Notes under the pieces: model-generated
Database searches by the model: none
The model's input: only the letters and a program-made list of their open reading frames with translations
Told to the model about the DNA's origin: nothing
Position numbers and translations under genes: made by a program
DNA from: Priapulus caudatus
Lineage: Eukaryota
Direction of reading: 5' to 3'
Assembly (NCBI RefSeq): GCF_000485595.1
Contig: NW_014577064.1
Span: forward strand, 1,146,061 to 1,210,060
Length of the DNA stretch: 64,000 nucleotides
Part shown: positions 28,879 to 59,645 of the stretch, in pieces
How the letters are laid out: each line of letters starts with the position of its first letter
Position numbering within the stretch: the stretch's first letter is position 1

Positions 28879-30884
28879 ATGCATCAACACCAAAATAAAG
28901 CTCAAATGATGTGGGGTACATGCGCTGTTTCATTGTGTCTAGGCGCGGCCCTGCAGATCCTATCTGATGTGCACGGGATCTCAGCGAGTGCTGTAGAAGC
29001 TACCGTGAACCCGTTAGGCCGCGACGCTTCGTCCGTAAATCTCTCCCGTGACGCTGTCTTTCTGAGCCGACGCAACGCGAATCGATTTATGAGACGGACG
29101 AGTTTGTTCGGCAGTCGCAGCCGACGTCGCCGAGGTACGGTGGAGGACGCGCGCGCCGGTAGACGCCGATTCGGACCACCGTACCAAATCAAACTCAGGT
29201 GGCACTCGTTCACCGTTACCGAGCTGCGCGAGGCGACGACGTTCACTGAGGCGTGGTTTGCCATGCCGACGGACATGGGGTTTTGGATGGGAAGCAACAA
29301 CTGGTACGTGCACAATTGTCTCAAGACGGTATGCAAACCGGACAAATTACTCGACAAGATGCTGGAGGAAGGAGCAGGGGTTGGTGACGCCACGCTTACC
29401 ATCTATTGGCGTTACTCGCTGTGCTATCACAAAGTTAACAAGCTAAGAAATTGTCCGGATGTGTGCAACAGAAAAAGGCACCCGTGTACGAAAATCAGAA
29501 ACACCATTCCGTCTCAGTGTCGAAGTTTTCCGGAACCGGACATGGAACGCAAGAAATCATGGCCATCCATTTGGCCAGTTGTACTGAAACCATTCTTTAG
29601 TCCGTTGTATTTCGCTGACTTTGATTGCGCCTGTAAAGACGGCTACACATGGGATCGCAGCAAAAGACGTTGCGAAGATGTATCGGACCATTGCAAGCAG
29701 GTATGTTATTGTTAGGTCACACGATTTACAATAGCAACGTTCTATTTTTGGGTTGTTATTTCAGTCTCACGTTTTTTAGTATTATTTATCTTGCCCATAT
29801 TAATTATTGTTAGCGACGGTGAGAAACTGGCGAGCAATTATTATTTATTGATTAAAGAGATAAATTATTATTATTATTATTATTATTGTTGTTGTTGTTG
29901 TTGTTGTTATTATTATTATTATACATCGATAAACTGCCGTAAAACAAATCGCTTGAATCAATCGAATTGTATTTCAAGGTTGGCAGTGGAATGAACCCGT
30001 GTCAAAATGGCGGATCCTGTTCGGTGAGTAAACCCGAAGGGTTTAAGTGCGCGTGCATGCCCGCCTTTACCGGGCCGACGTGCCAGGAGCCAAGAGATCC
30101 CTGCCGTGGAGAGACCGTCTGTGGGCGCTTCCCTTGTAAGCGCGACCCATCGCAGTGGAAGCTCGGCTACACGTGTCTGTGTAACGACAGACCCGGCTGG
30201 CGGCTCTATAGCGTTGAGAACCCACAGTGCGTAGACATCGACGAATGCGAACTGAACAAACCGTGCCGCAACGGCGGCACGTGCGTGAACAGCGAGGGCA
30301 GCTACGCATGCGCGTGTCCCGACGGCTGGGTGGGCAAGAACTGCGAGCACAGGACGGTCGTGGAGCCGACGTGGGGCGAGTGGGGCCAGTTTGGCTCTTG
30401 CAGCGCCACCTGTGGGGCATCAGCGCAGCAGGCGGCCTACCGACAGTGCAACGTGCCAGGCCAGTGCCTCGGCATGAATCATAAATCCAGACACTGTCCG
30501 GGAATCCAGAGCTTATGCGAAGACTTGGAGGTGTTTGACGACTTCATGGGCATGCCGCCGCAGCCGCCACCACTATTAGGACCTTTCGGTGGTGGATATG
30601 CTCTTCCTCCTCCTGCGGGGTACCCACAGCCCATTATGCCTCCGCCGGGTGTCCTCCCACCAAATGTACCACTGCCCGCAGACTCCCGTATAGGTCAGTT
30701 GGAAGGTCAAAAGGATCCTTCAGAATTACAGGAGCAAGATGCACAGGAATTACGAAACGCGGATGTGAATAGCAACGGCACACTGGCATCTGGTACAGGT
30801 GGCGTCACCTACAGGAGGGATATTTTACGAACGATGCATATCGTAGTACTTGCGTTTTGTATAGTATTCATGCGAGCCTTCTAG
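28879..30884 (+). CDS. Secreted/GPI-anchored EGF-repeat plus TSP1 protein, 575 aa; exons 28879-29700 and 29979-30884
   Basis: A phase-0 intron CAG|GTATGT...TTTCAAG|GTT joins DHCKQ to VGSGMNPCQNGGSC. The protein has a hydrophobic signal region, polybasic RRRR/RRR sites and about four EGF modules, including the Ca-binding DIDECELNKPCRNGGTCVNSEGSYACAC. These are followed by TSP1 (WGEWGQFGSCSATCG), a Pro-rich stalk and a C-terminal small-residue plus hydrophobic tail. Confidence 0.9.
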
Positions 30885-33043
30885 AAGAAATGAACCTACG
30901 TGCAAAACGGTGATAAAAGGCCAAGGAAGGAAAAAGTAAAATGACGATGACGAATAAAAGCAGGAAAACGAAGCAGAGCAAACAACACGACCAAGATCAG
31001 AGACACGTGAACAGCAAAGAGAAGCGCACATACATTCCTTATTGTTAGTTTACAGTTATACATAGTTTTGAAAATGCCCACCATAGTATGTTAACATGTG
31101 CTACGACCAGTGTTTCGCGCAAGAGGCAATGTCGTGGTAAAAACCGGTGCGTTTACGATTTTACTAGTGGTTTGTTGTAAGCATTTGAACTAAGAATGTC
31201 TATTTTATCCCGACGTACGGATTGTAGATGCAGACGTGTTACTTTTTTTCATTGTCGTTTTATAAAATGTTAAGCAATCTAAATGTTTTTGTATTAGATT
31301 GACACAGATACAGACATCAAATTACTTAATTGTTTTTATTATAAAATTACTATTCTATCTGCCACGTACCATACATTGTTCATATATTTTCCTACCTAGC
31401 TTGGTCTTTATAATTGCTTCAACGAGAGAAGACGCGTACCAGGCTATAGTTAACTGGGTTTTTTTATTTTTTACTCTTTCTGTCTCATCGTACATTATAC
31501 ACTATCGAAGGCAACAAAAAAACAAATAATGAAATAAACGAACAGTCAAATAACTAGACGTGCTCACGTCATTTTATACTCTTGTTGCATTGCTGCTGTT
31601 TACGTACTACACTAATTGGCATCGTTGCAATTTTACTATTTAATGAAGTACTATACACTACAAAACTATCACCAGGGGGGCTTATTGCTTACAATAACAC
31701 TGGACATAGAGCGACGCTACAGGCACACTGCCTCTATTAATTATTGCATACATACATACACACTGTACTACATAGCAGCTTTATGGATGACCTAAGTCGT
31801 TCGTTGCCTGTCATCGTGGTTTAGCAGTAGAATAATGTACAGAGGAAAACAGTGCCACATGAGCAATGTACGAATTACATACACAATTATTACTTATCGT
31901 GTACGCGTTCATGCATAGAACTGTAGATGCATTCCTATCTCAGAGATGAGCACTACAAATGCAACATAATGTATCGTGAAAGACTACAGCGCGTAAAACG
32001 TATCACCATGATCAGGATACCGCGGCTCCCCCAATCACGATTCACGTGTCGTACGTCACAGACTGGACTTAAGCAGCCGACGAGGGTAAATAATAATACC
32101 TTACGTGATACGAATTTCTATTGTTCTACGACACGCGCACAACCTGTGACAAAGCACTGCCACAGCTACAGTGGATTCTAAAAACTTGTCGGGTGTGGCC
32201 ATATTAGTGGTGAAAGTGAGAAAGATGAATATGGAAACGGAACATAGAGATGGCTGGGTCAGAGTGAAGCGGGTATTTAGGTGGGTGGGAACGAAGTGTC
32301 GAGGCAAGGATGTTGGATGGAATCTGGCAGATGGAATCAAATTGACAAGGTGCTAAGGTAATACACAAGTGGGTTGCGATATGGTGGAAGATGGGTGGAA
32401 TATAGCGATGGGATTTGGGATATGACAGGAGCGATGTTAGGACAATAGCTCATTTCCGAGATGAGTACTCTATTTGATGATATATAAATATATTTACGTC
32501 ACATGCCATATAATCGTTATTGCTCACGACGTTTCACCTTCCAGCCTTGAACACTGCATGCGCATTTTGTATATAGCAAGAACACGCATTGCACATCTTA
32601 CACCAATACATAATATCAACTCTGTGTATGCCTGATGCGGGCACGTGTATAACTAAGGAAGCCACCATTTAATTCTCTTCGGTATGTGTGTAATAACATC
32701 GACAAGCCACACAGGGATGCGTGGCGGCGGGAATATAGCTCTGTGGAAATACATGGCGGCCGTCTGTTCCACGGTAGGAATACATCACGGTGGGATAACA
32801 GTCCCGTGAGAATACATCAGCCGTCATGCACAACACTAGTTCACACACATTCTGCTGTTACCTAAGTGTTATGCCATGATTCGCCAGCTTATCATGTACA
32901 AACGAAAAATTATTTGCTATTCGCGAGAGATCCTGTATGTATATATATATACAAAAGGACCATACCATGATAGCGTATAATTATGTTATAGAATCATGAA
33001 TTTCTAAGCAGAATCGGCAACTACGCAGGTTTGCGGTTTGCGG

Positions 33044-49151
<16,108 letters not shown>

Positions 49152-49518
49152 GGTGACCTCCGTAGACTCTGCTGCAGGAGATGGATGCTCTCACCGGTGT
49201 TCCGCAAGGCGTGGTGGATTGAGGATGGTCGTCGGCCGAGGGTAGCTATAGTGTCATCTACTTCGTGCAATCACCTGAAGGCGGTAGCGTCTGCTTTATA
49301 GTAAATATATTAATGAGTGAGTGATTGACTGAGTGATTGACTGAGTGAGTGAGCGAGTGAATGGGTGAGTGAGTGAGTGAGTGAGTGAGTGAAGAATGAG
49401 CGAGTGAGTGAGTGTGAGTGAGTGAGTGAGTGAGTGAGTGATTGAGCAAACGATTGTAGTAGTGGATGTGTGGGCGAGTACGTGTGTGCATGCGTGCGTC
49501 CGTGAGTGTGTGAGTAGG

Positions 49519-49554
<36 letters not shown>

Positions 49555-50805
49555 TGAATGAGTGAGTGAGTGAGTGAATGAGTAAGTGGGTAAGTGGATA
49601 CTTTGGTGGGTGAGTTACGTGCACGAGTGGATGTGTATGCGTGGGTGTGCGTGCATGCGTAGGCGTATGAATGTATATGAGAAAGAAAAAGGGAGGCACA
49701 GAAAGATTATGTGAAAGAAAAAGAAATGAAGAAAGTCAGAAAGAGAGAGGGGCGGGAGAGTGGTACCGAGAGATGAAAGAGTTAAATAGGTGCGAGTGAG
49801 AGAGAGAGAGAGAGGGGGGAGAGGGAGGGGGAGAGGGAGGAGGAGAGGGAGGAGGAGAGGGAGAAGGAGTGGGAGAAGGAGATGGCGCGGGACAGAGAGA
49901 AACAGAGACGTGACAAGCGCGGGAATGGACGATGCAGACAGCGAGATGGAAGTGGATTAGGAAAAAATGCCGTAATACAAACCAACCGCGCTCACCGACG
50001 AATAACTATGAAATATTAATCGAGCATTTCATTTCACCCTAACCACACACGCGTTCCGTGAACGTCGAGTGTTTCGTTGCGAACGCGGTAGTTCCTACAG
50101 CCCCTCACGAGCGTACACAATGCGGCAGTGTAACAGTAGCCAGCAATCAATGCTTGTGCATAGCACGAAATTGATTTTCTCCTCGGCGCTAGCGCGAAGG
50201 TCGATATTGCTGGCCGCGAAGGAAGACTCCTCGTTTAACCGGCTGCGGTTGCATGCCCCGTCAGCTCACATCTGCCAGCTACATGGACCCTGAGTCGCGA
50301 ACCGCCCGTTTGCATACACGGACAGAGAATGTAAACTAGAGCTAAAAGGAGGCAGCGCATGGGTACCGCGATGACGTCTGCAAACAAGAGAAAAAGAGGT
50401 GATTGAGCTTACCTTAACGGAGAGAGCCTTCGCTAGCAGACGACAGAAGACTGCGCTCTCTGGAGGCAGTCATCAAGCGGCGCGCTTATTCCGTGAAGAG
50501 GTGTGAGGCGGCAATCAGAGAAAGTAGTTCCCACATTTATTTGCAGACGAAATTAGTAGAGCTTGCATGAAAGAAAGACTAACGCACCCGAACTGTGGCG
50601 CCTCGAATACGAAAACTCGGAAATGTGCAGTGTAGAATTGGCGAGGTTTGATTTGAAATAATAAAATTTTAATTCACGATGGCTTGTGGTCTGACTCCGC
50701 GTATAATATCCATACACTGCTGCCATCTGCTGTTGAATGTGAAGGCATATAAGAGCATTATAACATAGCGTGAGCGCACATGATGGTATGCCCGTGTGTA
50801 CGCGC

Positions 50806-50836
<31 letters not shown>

Positions 50837-50853
50837 TGGTGTGTGGTGTGTTG

Positions 50854-50925
<72 letters not shown>

Positions 50926-51947
50926 TGTGTGTGTGTGTGTGTGTACACGCACGCGTGCGTACGTACATGCATGTAGGCCTACAGTGTTTCTGTGTGTGGA
51001 CGTTCGTACCTGTGCGGTGTGTGTGCATGTGTGTGTATGCGTACGTGCGTGCCTATGGCGGAGTACGCATATGCGTGCTGTGTATGTATAATTTGTGTTT
51101 GTTTTAAAATGCAATTGCATGAAAGTTCCAAATAACAACTATAACTAGAGCACTCGGAGAGCACAACCTCCGTCAAGGCAGCTCAATTCTCTCACTGTGG
51201 AATTTTTTTATTAATTAATTTTTTAATTAAGTGGAAAAATTAATTAATTAAATAAATAATTAATTGGATCCGGATTAGTGCGAGCGTGCAGGTGGGGGAG
51301 GACTGTGGTTGCCTTAGCCTGTGTTTGCGTGTTTGTAAGTCTACAGCCAGCGCACCTAGCGGAAGTGAACTGAAAACGTGCATGGTAACACACAAACACA
51401 CAAAACCAACACTCAAAACTCGCCGGTGAAAACATAACCTCCGCCACGCCCCTGACGGAGGTAATTATTTGTGGCCTATTAGCCTAGCTGTTTCATGATC
51501 CTGTGATATATAGAGAGGAAGCTAATGGCACTGTATAGAGTACACTTCGGATGCGCAAACATGGGGCCAATAACGTGATATCGTTTTAGAGGTAATCATA
51601 ACATAGTGTTTAGCTTTGGCAAGGCATCGTTAACAGCAATTCTCTTCATCAACAAAATGAGCAGCAACCATTTTGATAAGCACATTTTCGTGCAAATATG
51701 TGCAAAAATCGTGCAACACTGCTCAACATTTACTGAGACATACGCATGCATCTGTGCGTGCATCACCCGTGTCATTATGCCGGAATATCACCACAGGCAA
51801 CTTATTACAGCAATACCGGAGAATACGCTAAATAATCGACGAAAACGGCGTTTACCGTTGCCTATAAGTGGCCTTTACTCTCAGCGCGTGGTCTCGCACT
51901 GTTTTTCTCGGTGCTACTCGTGTAAACGTTTGCTACCACGCATGGCC

Positions 51948-53597
51948 AATAGCAGCGTTCACACGTAGCAAGAAATCCGGTATTTAGCGTTCACACGAGG
52001 CAAATACGAGGCCCAAGAAATACGGTATCTAAACAGATCCGTATTTCATGTAAATACGAGGCTTCCAGACCCCGAATAATTTGCCGTGCTTGAGAAATAC
52101 CGGATTTATTGGACCGCGCATTTCCTCGTGTGAACGCTTAATACCGGATTTCTGAAGCCGCGTATTTTATGGACTGGTCCGCGCTCGACAGTTCTAGTGT
52201 AACGCGAGTGGAACTGTCGAGCGCGGACCATGACGTATTTTATTGCAGTTGGTGCGCATTGCATTGTTTATTTCGCATTGTTCGCTTGATTGTTTAAGGA
52301 TACTCACCACGTTGTGCATGAAATTTGATCGATTTTTCGTTTTCAACTTTATTCGATGGCTAACACTATGTCCCACCTGTGTACATGCTCATTTCTCCAT
52401 ATAACGGTACATGTGAACCCTCAGAGCGTTTTTGCTTGCCCCCGTACATGTAGTAAGCAGCGGCTGACGTCATTATGACGTCAGAGTCAGGATACAACCA
52501 CGATATTCACTAGTAATAAATAAGCCAGTATCATTCAGTGTCAACCCTGCTACAGCTGTCATTACATGTATTCATGTACATTCATGTACATCTGCTAGTG
52601 ATCCTATAAGTATCCCACGCCCAAAATAGTTCTAACACCTCGCAACAGCGCAACACACCTTACTGTAGTGCGGCCGGTACACGGCGCGTGTTTTGTTTAT
52701 TAGCTTTGTGACGTCGGATGAGCGGAGTTCGCGCGTTTTTGCGATGGTAACCTCGTAATTTCTCAGAATTTCTCAAGGTGCATGGAACATTTTAGCAATT
52801 TAGTGGTGTCAGTCAGTCATGGATATGTCGCAGTAAGTACTAACAATAGATATATCACATACGTTCACCCATTTTGCACACAGGCGGTCACTCATTGTGA
52901 AAAATAGAAAAACGCTGATTTGTCCGTTTCGATTTCTGACATAGTAGCCGATGTATAAATGGATATTTCTCTGTGATTACAACTCGGATTAATTTAATTT
53001 TACACTCATTTTAAGGTAACATTTGTGGTAAAAAAAGCGCGTCAGGGATGTTATTAAGTGCCTTACTTTATTAGTTATGCCTCTTTATTCGCTAAAATTT
53101 CTATTTTTCACACAACTTGATTTTTAAAGCAGTTTTTTCGAGTTTCTCGGTAAATATGTAAATTAAAGAAAAATTCCTGACGCGCTATTTTTGGTCCATA
53201 TTGTGCTTAACATGGGCCAAAAATTTTGTATCCTCACCCTTCTGGTAGTTGAGAAATATCCAAAATACCATTTTTACATAAAAATTCAAAATTTGTATGG
53301 TAACATAATTAGGTGCTGGAAATTTCATGAAATTTTTTGGCTCGAGCATAGAGATATATCTCCTCTATAAATAAAACAAGTGATTGATTCGATTCATTCG
53401 CAATAAACGTTTAATCTTCACTAGAGCAATACCCTTGCGCAACGTGCTGAGTATCCTTAAAGCAGCTCGCAGTCGCAAATACCGTATTTCTGGAGCCGCG
53501 AATCAGCGTGTGAACGCTCGGCCGCGTTTTGTCTCAGATACGGTATATTGCAAATCCGGTATTTCAGAAATACGAGTCTCGTGTGAACGAGGCTATT
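51948..53597. mobile_element. ~500-bp MITE (intact form at 58468-58963), here interrupted by a nested TTAA element
   Basis: Inverted ends AATAGC(A/C)GCGTTCACACG...CGTGTGAACGAGGCTATT, with internal repeats of AAATCCGGTATTT / AATACCGGATTT. Confidence 0.65.
52298..53456. mobile_element. 1159-bp non-autonomous Kolobok-like DNA transposon with a TTAA TSD
   Basis: TIRs GGATACTCACCACGTTGTGCA / TGCGCAACGTGCTGAGTATCC (19 of 21 match), TTAA at 52294-52297 and 53457-53460. The empty site (single TTAA) is visible at 58820-58823 in the duplicate copy. Confidence 0.9.
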
Positions 53598-54299
53598 AAC
53601 TCGTAGACGCGACTCCAGGTGTGGAACCAAACACAGAAATAATCTCCCGCGTTGCAGTCATTGTCGTCATGCTTCCGGTTACCATCGTCATCGTCGTGTC
53701 ATCGCCTGCTGCCGCGATCGGCTTTGTTGCTGTTGCCGCGGCTGTTAGCATGTTCCTGTGTTTGACGACGATCGGTCGTGTCAGATCATCCGATGCATTA
53801 ACGTGTTTCATCAGGCGGAAAATAGCGGATCGAAGGCGTGGTCACACAGTGCTCTCTTGAATTTGAAATGGCGCTCAGAAATCTCTATTTCGCGAATGTC
53901 TGTCTGTCTACGGTCGAGACACATAATTACGAGTAAGTGTTGGATCTAATACTAAGTCTAGTAACTAAGGATCTAGTAACTAAGGATTCTAGTCCACTAA
54001 GTGTTGGATCTAGACAATAGGCTGCGCTTACTAAAGTATTAGGACGAAACCTCTACGATTATGCTATTTTATGGCGAAGTCTCACGTTAAAAACACGTAA
54101 ATTAATAACTATTAACATTTCGAAGGTAATTATAGGTTAAACACCAAAATGCTTAGGTATGAACGGTATGCTAAGTTTGCACAGATATGATCTGTGCTAA
54201 TCTAAACTAAATTCGTAGTTTATAACAGATGAAACGCTTCTCAGCGTTTTCGATCATTGTAGCTTAGGGTAATGACGCATTAGAGCGAAATAGCTAGTT

Positions 54300-55530
<1,231 letters not shown>

Positions 55531-56567
55531 TGTGTTTATCGGTCGTATTTTACATGCGCACCAGCCATACGTGTAGGCAAATACGATGCGGTATTAATGT
55601 CAGTCGCCATTTTCGTTGTTGCTGTCTTCATATTTGATTGCTAATAACGATGCTGACAAGCGACCATATTAGGGGTCTTACCCCACGCAGGCACTAAACG
55701 AGAATGCTTAAAGATTGAGCATCGGGGGAAATCAGAAATTAATTATCATTATAATCTTATACGAACGGCGCGCGCACAATTACGGACAGTTGTAGGTAAT
55801 TGATTGTATTATACGAGGTCGTATAACCAATTTCGGTTGTAGGGGAAAGAACAATAGTGCGTCGTTATTGAGTACCTTTTCATGCGACTATAGCCGCCTC
55901 GTTGCTATCCTCGACTTATATCGAGTGGCATCGAATTCTTTTCTCCTGGTGATCCGCGTACCCAACACGCACGTTCACGCACCGTCAGTTCCAGCGCACG
56001 TAATACGACATCTCGTTGTCTCTCGCCGTGGCGTCGGCGCTATAATGTAACCTCTTGGGAGCCTGGGCGGTGTTTCTAATAAATATTAAACCCTAGCCGT
56101 CGTCGGATAATCCGAGTGGGCGACGAGTTCATACAAAAACGGACGCGGTCACCGCTCGCCAAGACAGTGAACGGTAGCCGCTTGACGAGAGAGGACATAG
56201 TTTCTGCGTGGTTGGCTGCTACCATTGGCGACGAACACTTTAAGTTGATCTCGGCAATTTCGATCAAAATCAGGTATGATTGCACAGCGCTACTGACGTA
56301 ACTCCTCCTGCGGAGAAGATTTGCTCGCGATTTTTGTTTTACGATAAACCTCACGTCACGTACGATAAACTCGTGCGGTATTCCTAAGTGATATTTGCAA
56401 TTTTTTGCTATACATAGTATTTACACGATATCTATCGGTTGTTGTAATAAGTGCATTTGTTCGTATCTCTAGAAAATGAGTCTCGTAGCTGGCGCAGTAG
56501 CGGGTTCCTGCGCTGGCGAGACACGAGCGACGAATTCTGACGTTGTGTGTATTTTTACGTAGCAACA

Positions 56568-56761
56568 ATGTCCCGGACGACCATCCTCCTATCTTTCGCA
56601 ATCGGCGTCGTCTTCGTGGTTATCATGTGCAGGAGTACGATGGTGGCGGCGGGAGACATGCCGCTGCCGCCGCAGAGGCCGGGTGTCTTCAAGACGCCGC
56701 ACCAGCTGCGAACATACCTGCAGAAGCTCAACGAGTATTACGCGATCGTCGGAAGGCCCAG
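56568..56761 (+). CDS. NPF: Neuropeptide Y/F precursor, signal peptide plus mature-peptide exon; 3' exon(s) not found
   Basis: MSRTTILLSFAIGVVFVVIMCRSTMVAAG-DMPLPPQRPGVFKTPHQLRTYLQKLNEYYAIVGRPR fits the protostome NPF consensus (PPxRP...LRxYLxxLNEYYAIVGRPRF). The exon ends AG|GTAAGT in the Arg codon, the conserved phase-2 NPY/NPF intron. The acceptor is at 56562 and a probable 5' UTR exon donor near 56273. Confidence 0.93.
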
Positions 56762-56940
56762 GTAAGTGCATGCTAACAGTGTCGAGCTAGCTACACCGCG
56801 CAGTCGGAATCCGGCACGCCTGGTTATATACAGGAATTATATAGGATATGGGCGCGTGCGTGCAAGCGTCAATATGAGTAATAAAAGAGCAGGAAAAGAG
56901 GTAAAGATGATAAGGTGATAGCGAACGAGCGAGAGAGAGA

Positions 56941-56982
<42 letters not shown>

Positions 56983-57487
56983 TCGCTTATTGCTGGATAG
57001 TTATAGAAAATAGCGTGATCAGTATAATATACTGTATATCCCATTAAATTGTCGAAATTTATTGTAAAGAATTCCAATATAAAACACAGCGAATATAACT
57101 GTTATACCGCATACACACTAAATCTCAAGTAGCAGAGAGTTTTGTGCCGAAATGTAAACACGGGTGGGATGAAAATATCATCGATGTTCACCGGTAGATG
57201 GAAGTACGCGCATGATCTATCCACTCCTAACGATGTTTGGTACGCGTACTAACTGGATAGCGGTTAGCCAATCGACGGTTCGCGAGAAAGTGACGCCACC
57301 ACGGGCCACAAGCCGCCATTTTGCAATCACTCCAAAAGGTTAACTATGGGCCGGTGTGCGCCCCATAACATTTCAAATGGAAAATGGCGAAATGCAGTTT
57401 GTTTTAGCATTCTCTATTCGCATAAAAAACAAATTTGTGTGGGTGCGTATGTGTGTGCGCGTATGTGTGAAAGAGAGAAAGAGAGAA

Positions 57488-59645
57488 CCTACAGTGTTTC
57501 TTTGTGTGTGGACGTTCGTACCTGTGCGTGTGTGTGCATGTGTGTGTATGCGTACGTGCGTGCCTATGGGCGAGTACGCATATGCGTGCTGTGTATGTAT
57601 AAATTTGTGTTTGTTTTAAAATGCAATTGCATGAAAGTTCCAAATATAACAACTATAACTAGAGCACTCGGAGAGCACAGACCTCCGTCAAGGCAGCTCA
57701 ATTCTCTCACTGTGGAATTTTTTTATTAATTAATTTTTTAATTAAGTGGAAAAATTAATTAATTAAATAAATAATTAATTGGATCCGGATTAGTGCGAGC
57801 GTGCAGGTGGGGGAGGACTGTGGTTGCCCCTTAGCCTGTGTTTGCGTGTTTGTAAGTCTACAGCCAGCGCACCTAGCGGAAGTGAACTGAAACGTGCATG
57901 GTAACACACAAACACACAAACCAACACTCAAAAACTCGCCGGTGAAAACATAACCTCCGCCACGCCCCTGACGGAGGTAATTATCTGTGGCCTATTAGCC
58001 TAGCTGTTTCATGATCCTGTGATATATAGAGAGGAAGCTAATGGCACTGTATAGAGTACACTTCGGATGCGCAAACATGGGGCCAATAACGTGATATCGT
58101 TTTAGGGTAATCATAACATAGTGTTTAGCTTTGGCAAGCATCGTTAACAGCAATGTCTCTTCATCAACAAAATGAGCAGCAACCATTTTGATAAGCACAT
58201 TTTCGTGCAAATATTGTGCAAAAATCGTGCAACACTGCTCAACATTTTACTGAGACATACGCATGCATCTGTGCGTGCATACACCCGTGTCATTATGCCG
58301 GAATATCACCACAGGCAACTTATTACAGCAATACCGGAGAATACGCTAAATAATCGACGAAAACGGCGTTTACCGTTGCCTATAAGTGGCCTTTACTCTC
58401 AGCAGCCTGGTCTCGCACTGTTTTTCTCGTGTGCTACTCGTGTAAACGTTTGCTACCACGCATGGCCAATAGCCGCGTTCACACGTAGCAAGAAATCCGG
58501 TATTTAGCGTTCACACGAGGCAAAATACGAGGCCCAAGAAATACGGTATCTAAACAGATCCGGTATTTCATGTAAATACGAGGCTTCCCAGACCCCGAAT
58601 AATTTGCCGTGCTTGAGAAATACCGGATTTATTGGACCGCGCATTTCCTCGTGTGAACGCTAAATACCGGATTTCTGAAGCCGCGTATTTTATAGACTGG
58701 TCCGTGCTCGACAGCTCTAGTCTAACGCGAGTGGAACTGTCGAGCGCGGACCAGTCTACGTATTTTATTGGCAGTTGGTGCGCATTGCATTGTTTATTTC
58801 GCATTGTTCGCTTGATTGTTTAAAGCAGCTCGCAGTTCGCAAATACCGTATTTCTGGAGCCGCGAATCAGCGTGTGAACGCTCGGCCGCGTATTTGTCTC
58901 AGATACGGTATATTGCAAATCCGGTATTTCAGAAATACGAGGTCTCGTGTGAACGAGGCTATTAACTCGTAGACGCGACTCCCAGGTGTGGAACCAAACA
59001 CAGAAATAATCTCCCGCGTTGCAGTCATTGTCGTCATGCTTCCGGTTACCATCGTCATCGTCGTGTCATCGCTGCTGCCGCGATCGGCTTTGTTGCTGTT
59101 GCCGCGGCTGTTAGCATGTGTGCCTTGTTTGACGACGATCGGTCGTGTCAGATCATCCGATGCATTAACGTGTTTCATCAGGCGGAAAATAGCGGATCGA
59201 AGGCGTGGTCACACAGTGCTCTCTTTGAATTTGAAATGGCGCTCAGAAATCTCTATTTCGCGAATGTCTGTCTGTCTACGGTCGAGACACATAATTACGA
59301 GTAAGTGTTGGATCTAATAACTAAGTCTAGTAACTAAGGATCTAGTAACTAAGGATCTAGTCCACTAAGTGTTGGATCTAGACATATAGGCTGCGCTTAC
59401 TAAAGTATTAGGACGAAAACCTCTACGATTATGCTATTTTATGGCGAAGTCTCACGTTAAAAACACGTAAATTAATAACTATTAACATTTCGAAGGTAAT
59501 TATAGGTTAAACACCAAAATGCTTAGGTATGAACGGTATGCTAAGTTTGCACAGATATGATCTGTGCTAATCTAAACTAAATTCGTAGTTTATAACAGGT
59601 GAAACGCTTCTCAGCGTTTTCGATCATTGTAGCTTAGGGTAATGA
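57488..59645 (+). repeat. Direct duplication, copy 2 of 50978-54275, inside the NPF intron
   Basis: Same sequence as copy 1 with scattered indels and lacking the TTAA element. Confidence 0.9.

Larger units (their letters stand above)
50978..54275 (+). repeat. Direct duplication, copy 1 (copy 2 is 57488-59645)
   Basis: Near-identical from CCTACAGTGTTTC to GCTTAGGGTAATGA, apart from a 1.16-kb insertion in this copy. Confidence 0.9.

Noticed and set aside
51606..51640. TTTAG-C-TTT-GGC-AAG (FGK) here and at about 58125 as the missing NPF exon
   Set aside because: Splicing would give Ser instead of Arg before Phe, there is no dibasic KR, and the sequence belongs to the duplicated block.
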